A stretch of 26,859 bases of DNA from Verrucomicrobia bacterium UBA6354 (GTDB taxonomy: Bacteria > Verrucomicrobiota > Kiritimatiellia > RFP12 > UBA1067), in assembly GCA_002440145.1 (NCBI GenBank), contig DJRS01000081.1, forward strand, positions 1-26,859. Reading direction: 5' to 3'. Shown here piece after piece: positions 1 through 9,136 of the stretch. A program made the position numbers and the translations under genes. The stretch's first letter is position 1. Each line of letters starts with the position of its first letter. The notes under the pieces are model-generated. The model saw nothing but the letters and a program-made list of their open reading frames with translations, was not told the origin of the DNA and ran no database searches.

Positions 1-1484
1 TCGCCCGCGAGCGCGTCGCCGAACGCCGTCTCGTACTGCACCGTAAGTCCGTCCGCGTGCGCCAGTTCCGCGAGGCGTCCGTAGTAGTTCTCCTCGACCA
101 GATCGCCCAGCAGGCCGCGCCAGTCCCGGAGAAAGCGCCCGGTTTCGGACGGCGAACCGACGACCCAGCCGAAGACGGACGGCAGGCGGCGCACGGGGTC
201 ATATCCGCACCGCGTCTTGAAAATGCCGTCCAGACCGTCCGTCCAGTTGTCGCGGTAGCATTCCCAGCTGTCGACGACGAGCCCTTGGAGCAGCCCCTTC
301 AGCGGACCTTCCGCGAGACGCCCGATATAGGCGGCATAGTTGGCCTCGATGCCCTTCGGCGAAAGCTTCGAGCATTCCCAGCCCGTCGCCTCTTTGGGTG
401 CGGGGCCGTTCCGGTAAAGGCCGTTGACGTGGCCGATCCGCAGAACCGTCCATGTCCGCCCGTCAGGCGGCGTCCAGTCCAGCGAGCCGTCCGGGCGCAT
501 CCGCCCGGTCAGGTCGACGATCGCCTCCGCGTCAATCCAGCACGCCGGATTCTGCTTCGGTTCGCCCCGATCGACGAGTCCGCGAACCGTCCAGCCTGCG
601 AGCCCTTCCCAGTGTTCCATCCGCGCGGCGGACAAGAGCTGCACCTCGCCCAGTTTGACGGGATCCTTCGACTGGATCGTCAGCCGCCAGCACCGGGCCG
701 TCGCCTCGTCGCACGCGAGCGTCTGCCGTGCGCCGCCCTTGCGGTTGTCCTGCCAGTTTCCGGGCGGCAGGGCCTCGCGCACGACCGTCCGCCAGACGCC
801 CGGCTCCATCTCGGCCTCGAAGACGACCGTCGCTTCCGGGTCGTATGTCCGGTCATGGTTCAGTTCGGACGTCGAGGGAATCTCCAGCGTCCGCACCGTC
901 ACAGGTTCGGCGAACGAGAAGAGACGCGCCTGCGGGGCGGGCGCGGCGACTTCCGCCGGCTTCAGCCAGCCGGCCGCATCGTCCTTCGGCGTCGGGAACG
1001 CCAGCACGAAGAGATCGCGGTAGTCGCGCGCCGGATGATCCGACGCCTCCGCCGGCGGCGCCAGCCGAACCGGCCCGCCGCGGCGCACGTCCGTCCGGGA
1101 GAAGCACAGGTTCCGCATGGCGTTCTCGGGGCGGACCCACGGTCCGCCGCTCATGGACCAGCCGGGGCAGTTCTGCATCTTGAACGAGAGCCCCAGGCGC
1201 TTGCATTCCGCGGCCGCGTGGACGACCATCGCGTCCCAGCCCGCGCTCAGGCAAGGGACCGGGTTCGTCACCCCCGGCCATGTCCGTTCCTCGCCCATCT
1301 GCCCGTGGAAAAGGTGGACTCCGCCGATGCCGGCCGTCTTGATCGCCTCCAGATCGGCGGTCAAGCCCTCCTTCGAGACATTGCCGCCAATCAGGTGGAA
1401 CCAGGTCTCGGGACGGTTCGCGGCAAACGACGCCAGCGCCCAGGCAAGCCCGGCGCAGACACAGGCAGACAGACGCCTTTTCAC
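1..1484 (-). CDS. Secreted glycoside hydrolase family 106 (alpha-L-rhamnosidase-like), runs off the left edge
   Basis: Missing from ORF track. Manual translation from GTG (1484-1482, overlapping upstream TGA): MKRRLSACVCAGLAWALASFAANRPETWFHLIGGNVSKEGLTADLEAIKTAGIGGVHLFHGQ...MQNCPGWSMSGGPWVRPENAM; same frame at window edge reads GLTVQYETAFGD. These are GH106-type motifs. Confidence 0.85.
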   Translation of the reverse strand, partial: MKRRLSACVCAGLAWALASFAANRPETWFHLIGGNVSKEGLTADLEAIKTAGIGGVHLFHGQMGEERTWPGVTNPVPCLSAGWDAMVVHAAAECKRLGLSFKMQNCPGWSMSGGPWVRPENAMRNLCFSRTDVRRGGPVRLAPPAEASDHPARDYRDLFVLAFPTPKDDAAGWLKPAEVAAPAPQARLFSFAEPVTVRTLEIPSTSELNHDRTYDPEATVVFEAEMEPGVWRTVVREALPPGNWQDNRKGGARQTLACDEATARCWRLTIQSKDPVKLGEVQLLSAARMEHWEGLAGWTVRGLVDRGEPKQNPACWIDAEAIVDLTGRMRPDGSLDWTPPDGRTWTVLRIGHVNGLYRNGPAPKEATGWECSKLSPKGIEANYAAYIGRLAEGPLKGLLQGLVVDSWECYRDNWTDGLDGIFKTRCGYDPVRRLPSVFGWVVGSPSETGRFLRDWRGLLGDLVEENYYGRLAELAHADGLTVQYETAFGDALAG

Positions 1485-3634
1485 AGTTCCTCCCCTTTGA
1501 AGAAGAACCTCGGACGCGGCAGTCCGGCGCGGATGGGCCGCGCGTCGAATCGCGCCAGCTTGCCGTCCTTCACTTCGACGTCGACTTGCCAGCCTCCGGC
1601 GACAGGAAGACGGAAGGCGTAGTCGCGCCAGTCCTTCGGCACGCCCGCCGCGAGATGAATGCCGCCTTCCATGTCCGCCGCGAACAACTGGCAAACCGCG
1701 TAGAGGACATTTCCGGCCGCCGTCATGAACCAGGGCCGGTATTGCGAAACGCCCGGTTCGTTGATTTCCCAGTACTCGCCCCAGACGCCGCCGCTGCGCG
1801 CCGCTTCCTGCAGCCAGCGAACCGCCGGGAACTCGGCGTTGCCCGCACGCAGCGACGCCATCGCCATCGTCGCCGCGTACCACGGGCAGATGCGCTTGCC
1901 CGTCTCGTACATGTTCCCGAAGGCCTGTCCGTTCTTCAGGAAGTGATCAGCCGCCGCGACCTGCTTCCCGTTCGCACGGTCGAACACGTGGAAGGGATAG
2001 AAGCCCGCGAGCGTCCCCATCGACTCCTCCGTGCAGCCCGGATAGGCGATGTAGCGCCCATCGCGTTCGGGCAGGCTCGCCACGAGACGCGCCGCGCAAG
2101 CTCGGAAGTCCGCCGCGAGGTCCGCGTCTTTCCCGAGGATGTCCGCCGCTTCCGCCGCCGCGCGCAACGTGGCGATGGCGCCGCAGGTCGTCATGAACGC
2201 CCGCTCGTGCCCGGGTCCCATGCGCTCGAGATCCGTGCACTTCGTCACGAAGGACGTTCCGTCCGGCAGGTCGATCACCTGCAGACGGCGAAAGAAGAGC
2301 GCGCATTCCCGGATGACGTCATACCCCTTCTGCGCCAAATACGCGCGGTCGCCCGTATACCGGCAATAGGACCAGACCGTCTGCGCCACGGCCGCTTGCT
2401 GGAAGATGTGGTCCATCCAGAACCCGAGCGGCGAACATTCGATGTCGTTGCCTTCCGCCGCTTCCCACACCCAGCGCGCGCCGCTCTTGTAGAACGGCCT
2501 GCCCTGGTCCAGATTGCAGCGGACCGAAGCGTTCGTCAGGGTGGCGACGCGGAAGTCCGCCGCGACGCGCGCCGTCGAGAAGTGCCCGGCGGCCAGCAAA
2601 CCTTGCGCCGCGTACATTTCGTCAAAGGCGAAAATGCGCCCCGACCAGTGGCTCTGGATTATCCCGACGGGAATGGACCATTCCGTCGCCACGCAGCGCA
2701 AATGGTAGCGCGCCATTTCGAACAGCTCCTGGATGCGGGCGTCCGGAACCAAAATGGCGCTTTCCCGTCCATACGACTCCCAGTCGGCGACATGCTCCGC
2801 CCGCAACGCGCCGTAATCCGCCAATGGCGCAGCGGGAACGGGCGCCGGCGTAACGGCCGGCAAATGTTCGTCCAGGTCGTCCTCGTAAACGATAAACCAT
2901 GTCACCGTCCGGCTCTCGCCCGGCTTCAGGACGAACGTGCGCGATGCCGCGCCCACCAATCCGTTTGTTTCCGACTGGCACGGAAGCCCGTCGGCCGGAC
3001 GGATGGAGATCGTCTCGTGCGTCACGAAACGCCCGTAGCACGTCGCCTCCCATGTCGCCGCACCGTCCGCGAACCGCCATCCGCCTACTATCCGTTCATG
3101 TCCGGGTGCGTGGTAGACCGCGCCCAGCCTGATCTCGCGCGGCTCCACAGAAGCGTTCTCCAGGCATTGCTTCAGCGCGATGACATTGCGTGTTTTGGCG
3201 ACAAACGCTTCGCCCGACAACTTTATTCCCGAGGCATATTCCGCCTGGACGGTGGTCAGGGCGCGGCGCAAATCCAGCGTCTGCTCCCAGGTGCGGGGCG
3301 TGCGCTGTTCCACGCCGTCGACCGAAAGGAGCGTCCGGAACGCTCCTTGGGGCATGAGTTCCCATCCGAAGCGGGATGCCCGGCCCGGGTTGTCGACCAG
3401 ACGGCGGCCCTCCCAGTAGATGCCGGGCTGAAGCCGTTTGGCTTTCAGTTTTTCGCTGTCTTCCGCAATGCCCAGCCGGTAATCGACGAAGATGTTGAGC
3501 CGACCGTTGGAAAGCATCGCCGGGACATAGTCCGCCGGCTCCTTCCCGTCAACCGAAACCACTTTCCGCAAGGTCGCGTCGGCGTAACCGGACGCGGCAA
3601 ACGCCAAAAGAAAACCCAGAATCGCGTATTTCAT
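1481..3634 (-). CDS. Secreted (alpha/alpha)6-barrel glycoside hydrolase, GH65/GH95-like, 717 aa
   Basis: Signal peptide MKYAILGFLLAFAASGYA; MLSNGRL N-terminal motif, HWSGRIFAFDEMY, YCRYTGDRAYLAQKGYDVIRECALFF, PWFMTAAGNVL, PKDW tail. Confidence 0.65.
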   Translation of the reverse strand: MKYAILGFLLAFAASGYADATLRKVVSVDGKEPADYVPAMLSNGRLNIFVDYRLGIAEDSEKLKAKRLQPGIYWEGRRLVDNPGRASRFGWELMPQGAFRTLLSVDGVEQRTPRTWEQTLDLRRALTTVQAEYASGIKLSGEAFVAKTRNVIALKQCLENASVEPREIRLGAVYHAPGHERIVGGWRFADGAATWEATCYGRFVTHETISIRPADGLPCQSETNGLVGAASRTFVLKPGESRTVTWFIVYEDDLDEHLPAVTPAPVPAAPLADYGALRAEHVADWESYGRESAILVPDARIQELFEMARYHLRCVATEWSIPVGIIQSHWSGRIFAFDEMYAAQGLLAAGHFSTARVAADFRVATLTNASVRCNLDQGRPFYKSGARWVWEAAEGNDIECSPLGFWMDHIFQQAAVAQTVWSYCRYTGDRAYLAQKGYDVIRECALFFRRLQVIDLPDGTSFVTKCTDLERMGPGHERAFMTTCGAIATLRAAAEAADILGKDADLAADFRACAARLVASLPERDGRYIAYPGCTEESMGTLAGFYPFHVFDRANGKQVAAADHFLKNGQAFGNMYETGKRICPWYAATMAMASLRAGNAEFPAVRWLQEAARSGGVWGEYWEINEPGVSQYRPWFMTAAGNVLYAVCQLFAADMEGGIHLAAGVPKDWRDYAFRLPVAGGWQVDVEVKDGKLARFDARPIRAGLPRPRFFFKGEEL

Positions 3635-3659
3635 ATCATGCCTTTTTCAAATGCAAACC

Positions 3660-5546
3660 TCAATCGCCGAACGCGTTCTCCCGCAACGACCCGCCGGTGA
3701 AATAGAGAGGCGAACCGGAGAGCGGAACGAGATATTTCGTCCCGTCCCGCTTGGGGAAGACGCGCAAGCCCTGCACATTGTGGAAGACGACCTGACTGGA
3801 CGAGAAATCAAGCCACCGTTCGCCCGACGGGCCGACCGTCCATACGAGACCGGCTTCCTTACCGTCCGGGCGCGTCCATTGCGGATAGTAAATGCGGCCG
3901 GAACGATCCTTCCAACGGACCGGCTTCTGGACCGATCCCGCCGGACGATGTTCGATAAACGTCTTATAGGCGCCAAATGCCGGTTTCGGCGCAAAATTGG
4001 CGTGGACGATTCCGTAATGCGAGTGGACGCCCCAGGCATCCGTCTCCTTTGACGCGAATTCGTACCAGAACACCTTCTCCACCCGTTCCGCGGCGAAAAT
4101 ACCGAGCGCACGCGCCGTCATGCGCGCCTGCCGCTCCTCGCTCGAAGCGCCCGACGTCCATTCGACGCGCGTATTGACGATCACGGCGCCTTTATAGTCG
4201 CTGTTGAACTTGTAGACCGCCGCGGCAACGAGCTCCACGTCTTTCCCCTGGGCGGAAAGAAGCGGAATGAACACGTCGTCTTCCTTGAGCAGCGCCGGCG
4301 TCAGAAAGCGCGAAGCGGCGTAAGTCTTGTTTGTCGGGGCGAACCCTTCCATGGCTCCCGCCGGTCGAACCGTCGCGCCCGCCGGATAGCGCGCATCCAG
4401 CCACCAGGCCATTTCCCGGATGCGCAGGCGCGCACGGTTTTGCGCGTTGTCTGCCTTTGCGTCGGGATAGGCATGCCCCTGGCCGTCCATTCGGTAGGCG
4501 TTGAAAAGCGGCATGCCTCCGAAGTCCACGAACACGCCCCCCGCCTTGACAAAAGCCTCCAGCGCTTCCATTCCGTCGGCCGGATAGTCCTCGGTAAACG
4601 GATGGATCACGACATCCACACCGCCTTGCGCAAGCCGCGCGGCAAGCCGGGGTCCAAGACAGGCCTCCACCGAGGATCCGGGCGGCAACGCCTCGCGTAC
4701 GGCCTGGACGGCATCCGCCAAACCATCCGTCTCGGCCGGAACGTAAAGCGCGCGCCAGGTTTCCATTTCGGGCCGGGCGGCGGCGAGCCCCGCCCGCAGG
4801 ACCTCGGCGTCGTTGATGCGGATCTTCTGCGAGGGCCAGCCCATTTCCGTAATCCAGACGGGTTTCGCCGCGTCGCCGTATTTGGCCATCAGACTCTTCA
4901 ATTGATCCAGCCAGGCGTCGACCCGACCTTCGGGCTCGCGCTGGTTCGTGTAGGGGTGCACGTTCATGATGTCGAAGTACTGCGCCCCGCCCAGTCGGTA
5001 AAGTTCTTCGATGAAGTCGAGCGGAACGCCCGCCATGCCGCCCAAGGCAACCTGCAGCGCGGGGTCGTTGCCCTTGACGACCTCGTGCGCCTTGCGCAAA
5101 ACCGCAAGATAATTCGTCGGATTGGGATCCTTCCAGAACGGATTTATGTTCGGCTCGTTCCAGATTTCCAGGACGGGCAAGCGCTTGCCGTAACGGGACA
5201 CCACGCGCTGCACAAAGTCGCCCCACGCCTCCAGATGTTCGTAGGCCGGATAGGCCCACTTGGGCGGCTCGTACAGAATGGGGAGCATCTGAAGCCCGGC
5301 CGCCTCGCAGGCAGCGACGATCCGGTCGTAGCGCGAGAAGTCCCAGTCGCCGGGCGTGCGTTCCAGCGCCCGCCAGTCAAAGTCGCTGCGAATCCACCCC
5401 GCGCCCATCTGCTGCGCGAGCGCGCATGTCGGATAAGCCGGTTCGTCGCGCGTCAGATGCGCACACACGCCGTAATCGCCCGCGGCGTGCGCGCTTGCGG
5501 CCGCAGCCGCAAGCACGCACGCGAAAATCGAAGCCATCAACTTCAT
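3660..5546 (-). CDS. Secreted clan GH-A glycoside hydrolase (GH39/GH5-like) with internal inserted domain, 628 aa
   Basis: Signal peptide; WIRSDFDW, acid/base WNEPN, DIMNVHPY, nucleophile VWITEMGW, KVFWYEF, YGIV...PKPAF. Confidence 0.8.
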   Translation of the reverse strand: MKLMASIFACVLAAAAASAHAAGDYGVCAHLTRDEPAYPTCALAQQMGAGWIRSDFDWRALERTPGDWDFSRYDRIVAACEAAGLQMLPILYEPPKWAYPAYEHLEAWGDFVQRVVSRYGKRLPVLEIWNEPNINPFWKDPNPTNYLAVLRKAHEVVKGNDPALQVALGGMAGVPLDFIEELYRLGGAQYFDIMNVHPYTNQREPEGRVDAWLDQLKSLMAKYGDAAKPVWITEMGWPSQKIRINDAEVLRAGLAAARPEMETWRALYVPAETDGLADAVQAVREALPPGSSVEACLGPRLAARLAQGGVDVVIHPFTEDYPADGMEALEAFVKAGGVFVDFGGMPLFNAYRMDGQGHAYPDAKADNAQNRARLRIREMAWWLDARYPAGATVRPAGAMEGFAPTNKTYAASRFLTPALLKEDDVFIPLLSAQGKDVELVAAAVYKFNSDYKGAVIVNTRVEWTSGASSEERQARMTARALGIFAAERVEKVFWYEFASKETDAWGVHSHYGIVHANFAPKPAFGAYKTFIEHRPAGSVQKPVRWKDRSGRIYYPQWTRPDGKEAGLVWTVGPSGERWLDFSSSQVVFHNVQGLRVFPKRDGTKYLVPLSGSPLYFTGGSLRENAFGD

Positions 5547-5576
5547 GAAAGCGTCCCTTTCGTCGTTTCCGTTCGT

Positions 5577-6878
5577 TTACTCGCCATCGGCCGCATTCGC
5601 GATCGGCAACGCCAGGCGGAAGCCAAGATCGTCGTTCCGTTTGTCGGAAGACACCTTGTAGCTGCGCGCCGCGCTCCGGCAGGCCGTCGCCGTCGAATAG
5701 AAGCTGCCGCCGCGGCGGACGCGTCCGTCCGAAGAAGTCTGGTTCACCTCCCCGTTGAGCGCAGAAATGTCGGCCGCGTACCAGTCCAGACACCATTCCC
5801 ACACGTTGCCGTACATGTCGTAGATTCCCCACGCGTTCGGGGCATACGAACCGACCGCCACCGTCTGCTTGGTCTCGCTGTCGCTGTTGTAGGAAACACG
5901 GCCAAGTTTGGCGAGATTGGCGTCTTGATCCGCAGACAGAATGGCAGAGCCGTCGCCCCAGTAGCCCGAACCGTTCCCCGCGCGGCTGGCGAACTCCCAC
6001 TGGGCCTCCGACGGCAGGTCGAACGCCAAGCCCGTCTTCGTCCGCAGCAGACCAAGGAACGAATCACTGTGAGGGATATTGGGATAGTCGTAATTGAAAT
6101 CGGCGGCCGGAACATTCGAATTGCTTGTGCCTTTCGCATTGCGCAGTTCGTTGTAGCTCACGCGCGTGGTCGGACGCATCGTGCCGTCGGTCGCAAAGGC
6201 TTCCGGATAACGAATGGTCTGCACCTGGACATATTGCGATTGCGTCACCGGGAACACGCCGATGTAGTAGTTCGCATCCAGCGTGACAGCGTGCGTAGCC
6301 TCGGTCTTTCTGTCATGTCCGATCTCGCTCTCCGCGCTGCCCATCGTCCACTCGACGCCCTTGGCGGGGATCTTGCGCAGGACGAGCTTCGTCGTGCGGT
6401 AGTCGGGGTTCGTCAGCAGCCCGCCCGGCAGGCACCCTTCGGACGGATAGTACGTCTCGGTGTTCGCTTTCGCCGAATCCGCGAGGTCGACGACCATGTA
6501 GTCCGGCGGATTGTCGAGCGACCACGCCGTCACGACCGCGCGCGCATTGTCGACCTTGTGGCCGCGCCACGACTGGTCCGCGCGCCAAATGATCTTGCGG
6601 TTTTCGCCGGACTCCACCTTCTTCCAGACGTCGCCTGTCGCGAAACGGATGTTCTCGCCGCCGATCGAAACCCAGTCCGACTCGGTTTCCGTCGCGTTTC
6701 CGGTCTTGTTCGTCTGGATGTCGAACGTCACGATGGCCGGCGCCTTGGCGAGCGAATAGGTTATCGTAACTTTGCGGCTGTTCAGGTTCTGCCCCATGGT
6801 CACGTTCGAGACCTCCGGGACGGCCTCCGCCATCGCGGCGGTCGCGAGACTGGCAGCCAATATTGTCAGTTTTTTCAT
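5577..6878 (-). CDS. Secreted formylglycine-generating-enzyme (FGE-sulfatase/SUMF1) fold protein, 433 aa
   Basis: RBS AAAGGAGA; signal peptide; TMGS, IGVFPVTQSQY, LPSEAQWEFASRAG, PNAWGIYDMYGNVWEWCLDWY, RVRRGGSF, GFRL. Confidence 0.9.
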   Translation of the reverse strand: MKKLTILAASLATAAMAEAVPEVSNVTMGQNLNSRKVTITYSLAKAPAIVTFDIQTNKTGNATETESDWVSIGGENIRFATGDVWKKVESGENRKIIWRADQSWRGHKVDNARAVVTAWSLDNPPDYMVVDLADSAKANTETYYPSEGCLPGGLLTNPDYRTTKLVLRKIPAKGVEWTMGSAESEIGHDRKTEATHAVTLDANYYIGVFPVTQSQYVQVQTIRYPEAFATDGTMRPTTRVSYNELRNAKGTSNSNVPAADFNYDYPNIPHSDSFLGLLRTKTGLAFDLPSEAQWEFASRAGNGSGYWGDGSAILSADQDANLAKLGRVSYNSDSETKQTVAVGSYAPNAWGIYDMYGNVWEWCLDWYAADISALNGEVNQTSSDGRVRRGGSFYSTATACRSAARSYKVSSDKRNDDLGFRLALPIANAADGE

Positions 6879-6907
6879 TGTTTTATCTCCTTTGTTGGAT
6901 TGTTGAA

Positions 6908-6916
6908 ATTATAGCG
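6908..6916 (-). promoter_or_regulatory. Candidate internal -10 element (CGCTATAAT) for the FGE-fold gene
   Basis: TATAAT at 6913-6908, about 30 nt upstream of ATG 6878, in an AT-rich gap with a strong RBS. Confidence 0.5.
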
Positions 6917-6917
6917 A

Positions 6918-7184
6918 TTATCGAAGTATTACGCAAGTGCCCCGCGGACGGAAGTCCAGCGTGGCGATTGCGTCCGCCTGCGTCCGGTCGCGCGCCTCCA
7001 GCGGACCTGCGTCCGAGGCGCACCAAAGCGCGCCGGCGCACAAAGCCCCGGACTCCGACGCCGCCGACGCCGACCCGGCGACCGCCACGGACGCCACGTC
7101 GCCTTTTGTGATGCAGGAGCCCGCTCCCGCCGTATGCGCGGCTAGCGCCACGCAGCAGAACGCCATGAGTGATTTATCTGTCAT
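6918..7184 (-). CDS. Small putative secreted protein, 88 aa
   Basis: AAGGAG 7 nt before ATG 7184, overlapping end of the upstream GH gene; MTDKSLMAFCCVALAAHTAGA signal-like; ends LDFRPRGTCVILR; fills the gap between two co-oriented genes. Confidence 0.7.
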   Translation of the reverse strand: MTDKSLMAFCCVALAAHTAGAGSCITKGDVASVAVAGSASAASESGALCAGALWCASDAGPLEARDRTQADAIATLDFRPRGTCVILR

Positions 7185-9123
7185 CGTGTTTCTCCTTGTT
7201 TGTGATTTCCATGACGCAACCCTCGTTTGCGCCAAGCGAAAGACTGCCTCCGGCATAATGGCCGTTCCATACCCGCGACACTTTACCGGAGACTTGAAGC
7301 GGGAACACCATCGTCCGCGGCGAATGGTTGACGGCTACGGCATAGATCCGCCCGTCCTCCGCCGGATGCTCCGTCAAGCCCAGTTGCGGGTCGGCGCGCG
7401 TCACGGCGCGCTTGACGCCGGCGCGCGCAGCCGCCAGGCGGTAGACGGGCCATGCGGCGAGCTGCGCGTTGCTCTCGATAGCCCCGTTGACGAACAGCAG
7501 GCGCCCCTTGCCGTACGCGTATTCGGTCATGAATGGGCGTCCGTCCCGGGTCTTCAGCAGCACGGAGGCTCCTTTGAGCGACAGTTCGCGCGTGTAGGGT
7601 TCCGTGAAAGCGAACGAATCGGCCCCGCAATCGACATTGAGCGTGCAAGGAGCCTCCCAATGGTTCTCCACCTCTATTCCCGCGGTTTCCGCAAGATCGG
7701 ACAGCACGGTCCCCTCGCCCAGCGTCACCAGCGCCGTCGCCCCCGCTTTCACCTTTTCGCGCAAATCGTCCCACGTGCTTCCCAAATACGCGTTGTATGT
7801 CCGACCCGAAGGCAGAATGTAGAACGGCGCATCGGGCAGCGGGCTCTCGGCGAGCGTGTAGCGGACGTCGAATCCGGCCTGCTTCGCCAGAAGCCAGGCG
7901 CCCAGCGACGTCCGCCAGGCATGCTCCTGCTCGGAGACGATCACCGTCGCGTCGATCCGCCGCGGCGGCAACGCCTTGAACGGCAGGGAATCCAGAAAGT
8001 CGCGGAACTTCTTCATTTCGCGCGCCTGGGGCTTGGGCGTGCCGTCCGCCTTGAAGACGCCGAGCTCGCGCTCGATGGCCGCCCAGTCGTAGGGCGCGAA
8101 CTTCAACTTGTTCTGGTCGAACGCGCACCACCACATGTACGATTTGATCCCCGCCGCCCAGCAGCTGAAAAGCGCCGTGCGCATCGAAGCCGCCGCGCGC
8201 GCTTCGGACACGATGCCCGGCCCCATTGAGCCCGCCTCTTCCACAAACGCCGGCTTGGCCGCGAGATCCGCGTACCATGTCGTCTCGCACGCCGCGTGGC
8301 AGCCGTTGCGCAGCGTGTCGAACGGCTCGGTGTTGCACCCGGGCGTCCACAGCGGATACGGGTGGGTGGTCAGGATGTCCGTCAGCTCGCCCTGGTCGCG
8401 CACGTTCGTCATATCGTCCGTCTTGGGCGACACGCTGTGCATGCCGCTGACGACGGGGCGCGAGGCGTCCGCCAGGCGGATGCTGGACGCTATCGCATGC
8501 ATCCAGTTCCGGAATTCGGCGCGCGTGGCCGTGCCCATCGCGTTGCATTCGTTGCCCAGATCCCAGGCGACGATGGCGCGCTCGTTCTTCAACGCCTCCA
8601 CCAGATAGCGCACGTAGCGCGTCTGCCACATGATGGACTCGGCGTCCGTCAGCGCATTCTTGCGTTCCAGCGCCGGCGGCACGAACATGCGCCCGCTCAT
8701 CCAGCCCGTCACCAGGCCGACGACAAGCCCGAGATTGCGCTTTTCGGCCGCGCGGCAAAGGAAGCGGAAACGCTCCACCATTCCGTCGTCCACCGCGGCG
8801 TAATTCTTCAACGCACCGTCGTTCTGCGTCCAGCAGCGGAAAACGCCCCTGCCCCTGAAGGCGGCGGTCAGAGGCTGGAAATCGGGCCACAGCGGAAACA
8901 CACGCAAAACGGTGATGCCCTGTTCCGCCAGACGATCCAGATCGCGCTCGACCTGCGCGGCGTTCCAGTTGCGCCACATGTACATGCCCGCATGGCTCGC
9001 CCAGTAGTTGACGCCGATGTCGAACCCTTCTTTCGGCGGGAACGCGCGCGGCGGTTCCGCCCGCAAAACCGCCGGCGCAAAAGCAAGCGAAAGAGCCATC
9101 GACAGCAATCTTGTTCTTTTCAT
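7174..9123 (-). CDS. Secreted GH5-like glycoside hydrolase (beta-mannanase/mannosidase-like) with C-terminal GH42-trimerisation-like domain, 649 aa
   Basis: RBS AAGGAAAGG; GVNYWASHAGMYMW, LRVFPLWPDFQP, WDLGNECN (acid/base), TTHPYP, FVEEAG (nucleophile), WWCAFDQ. Confidence 0.8.
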   Translation of the reverse strand: MKRTRLLSMALSLAFAPAVLRAEPPRAFPPKEGFDIGVNYWASHAGMYMWRNWNAAQVERDLDRLAEQGITVLRVFPLWPDFQPLTAAFRGRGVFRCWTQNDGALKNYAAVDDGMVERFRFLCRAAEKRNLGLVVGLVTGWMSGRMFVPPALERKNALTDAESIMWQTRYVRYLVEALKNERAIVAWDLGNECNAMGTATRAEFRNWMHAIASSIRLADASRPVVSGMHSVSPKTDDMTNVRDQGELTDILTTHPYPLWTPGCNTEPFDTLRNGCHAACETTWYADLAAKPAFVEEAGSMGPGIVSEARAAASMRTALFSCWAAGIKSYMWWCAFDQNKLKFAPYDWAAIERELGVFKADGTPKPQAREMKKFRDFLDSLPFKALPPRRIDATVIVSEQEHAWRTSLGAWLLAKQAGFDVRYTLAESPLPDAPFYILPSGRTYNAYLGSTWDDLREKVKAGATALVTLGEGTVLSDLAETAGIEVENHWEAPCTLNVDCGADSFAFTEPYTRELSLKGASVLLKTRDGRPFMTEYAYGKGRLLFVNGAIESNAQLAAWPVYRLAAARAGVKRAVTRADPQLGLTEHPAEDGRIYAVAVNHSPRTMVFPLQVSGKVSRVWNGHYAGGSLSLGANEGCVMEITNKEKHDDR

Positions 9124-9136
9124 GTTTACCTTTCCT

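Noticed and set aside
5577..5720. DGR variable region in the FGE-fold C-terminus
   Set aside because: The fold is a known DGR target, but no template repeat or reverse transcriptase is in the window.
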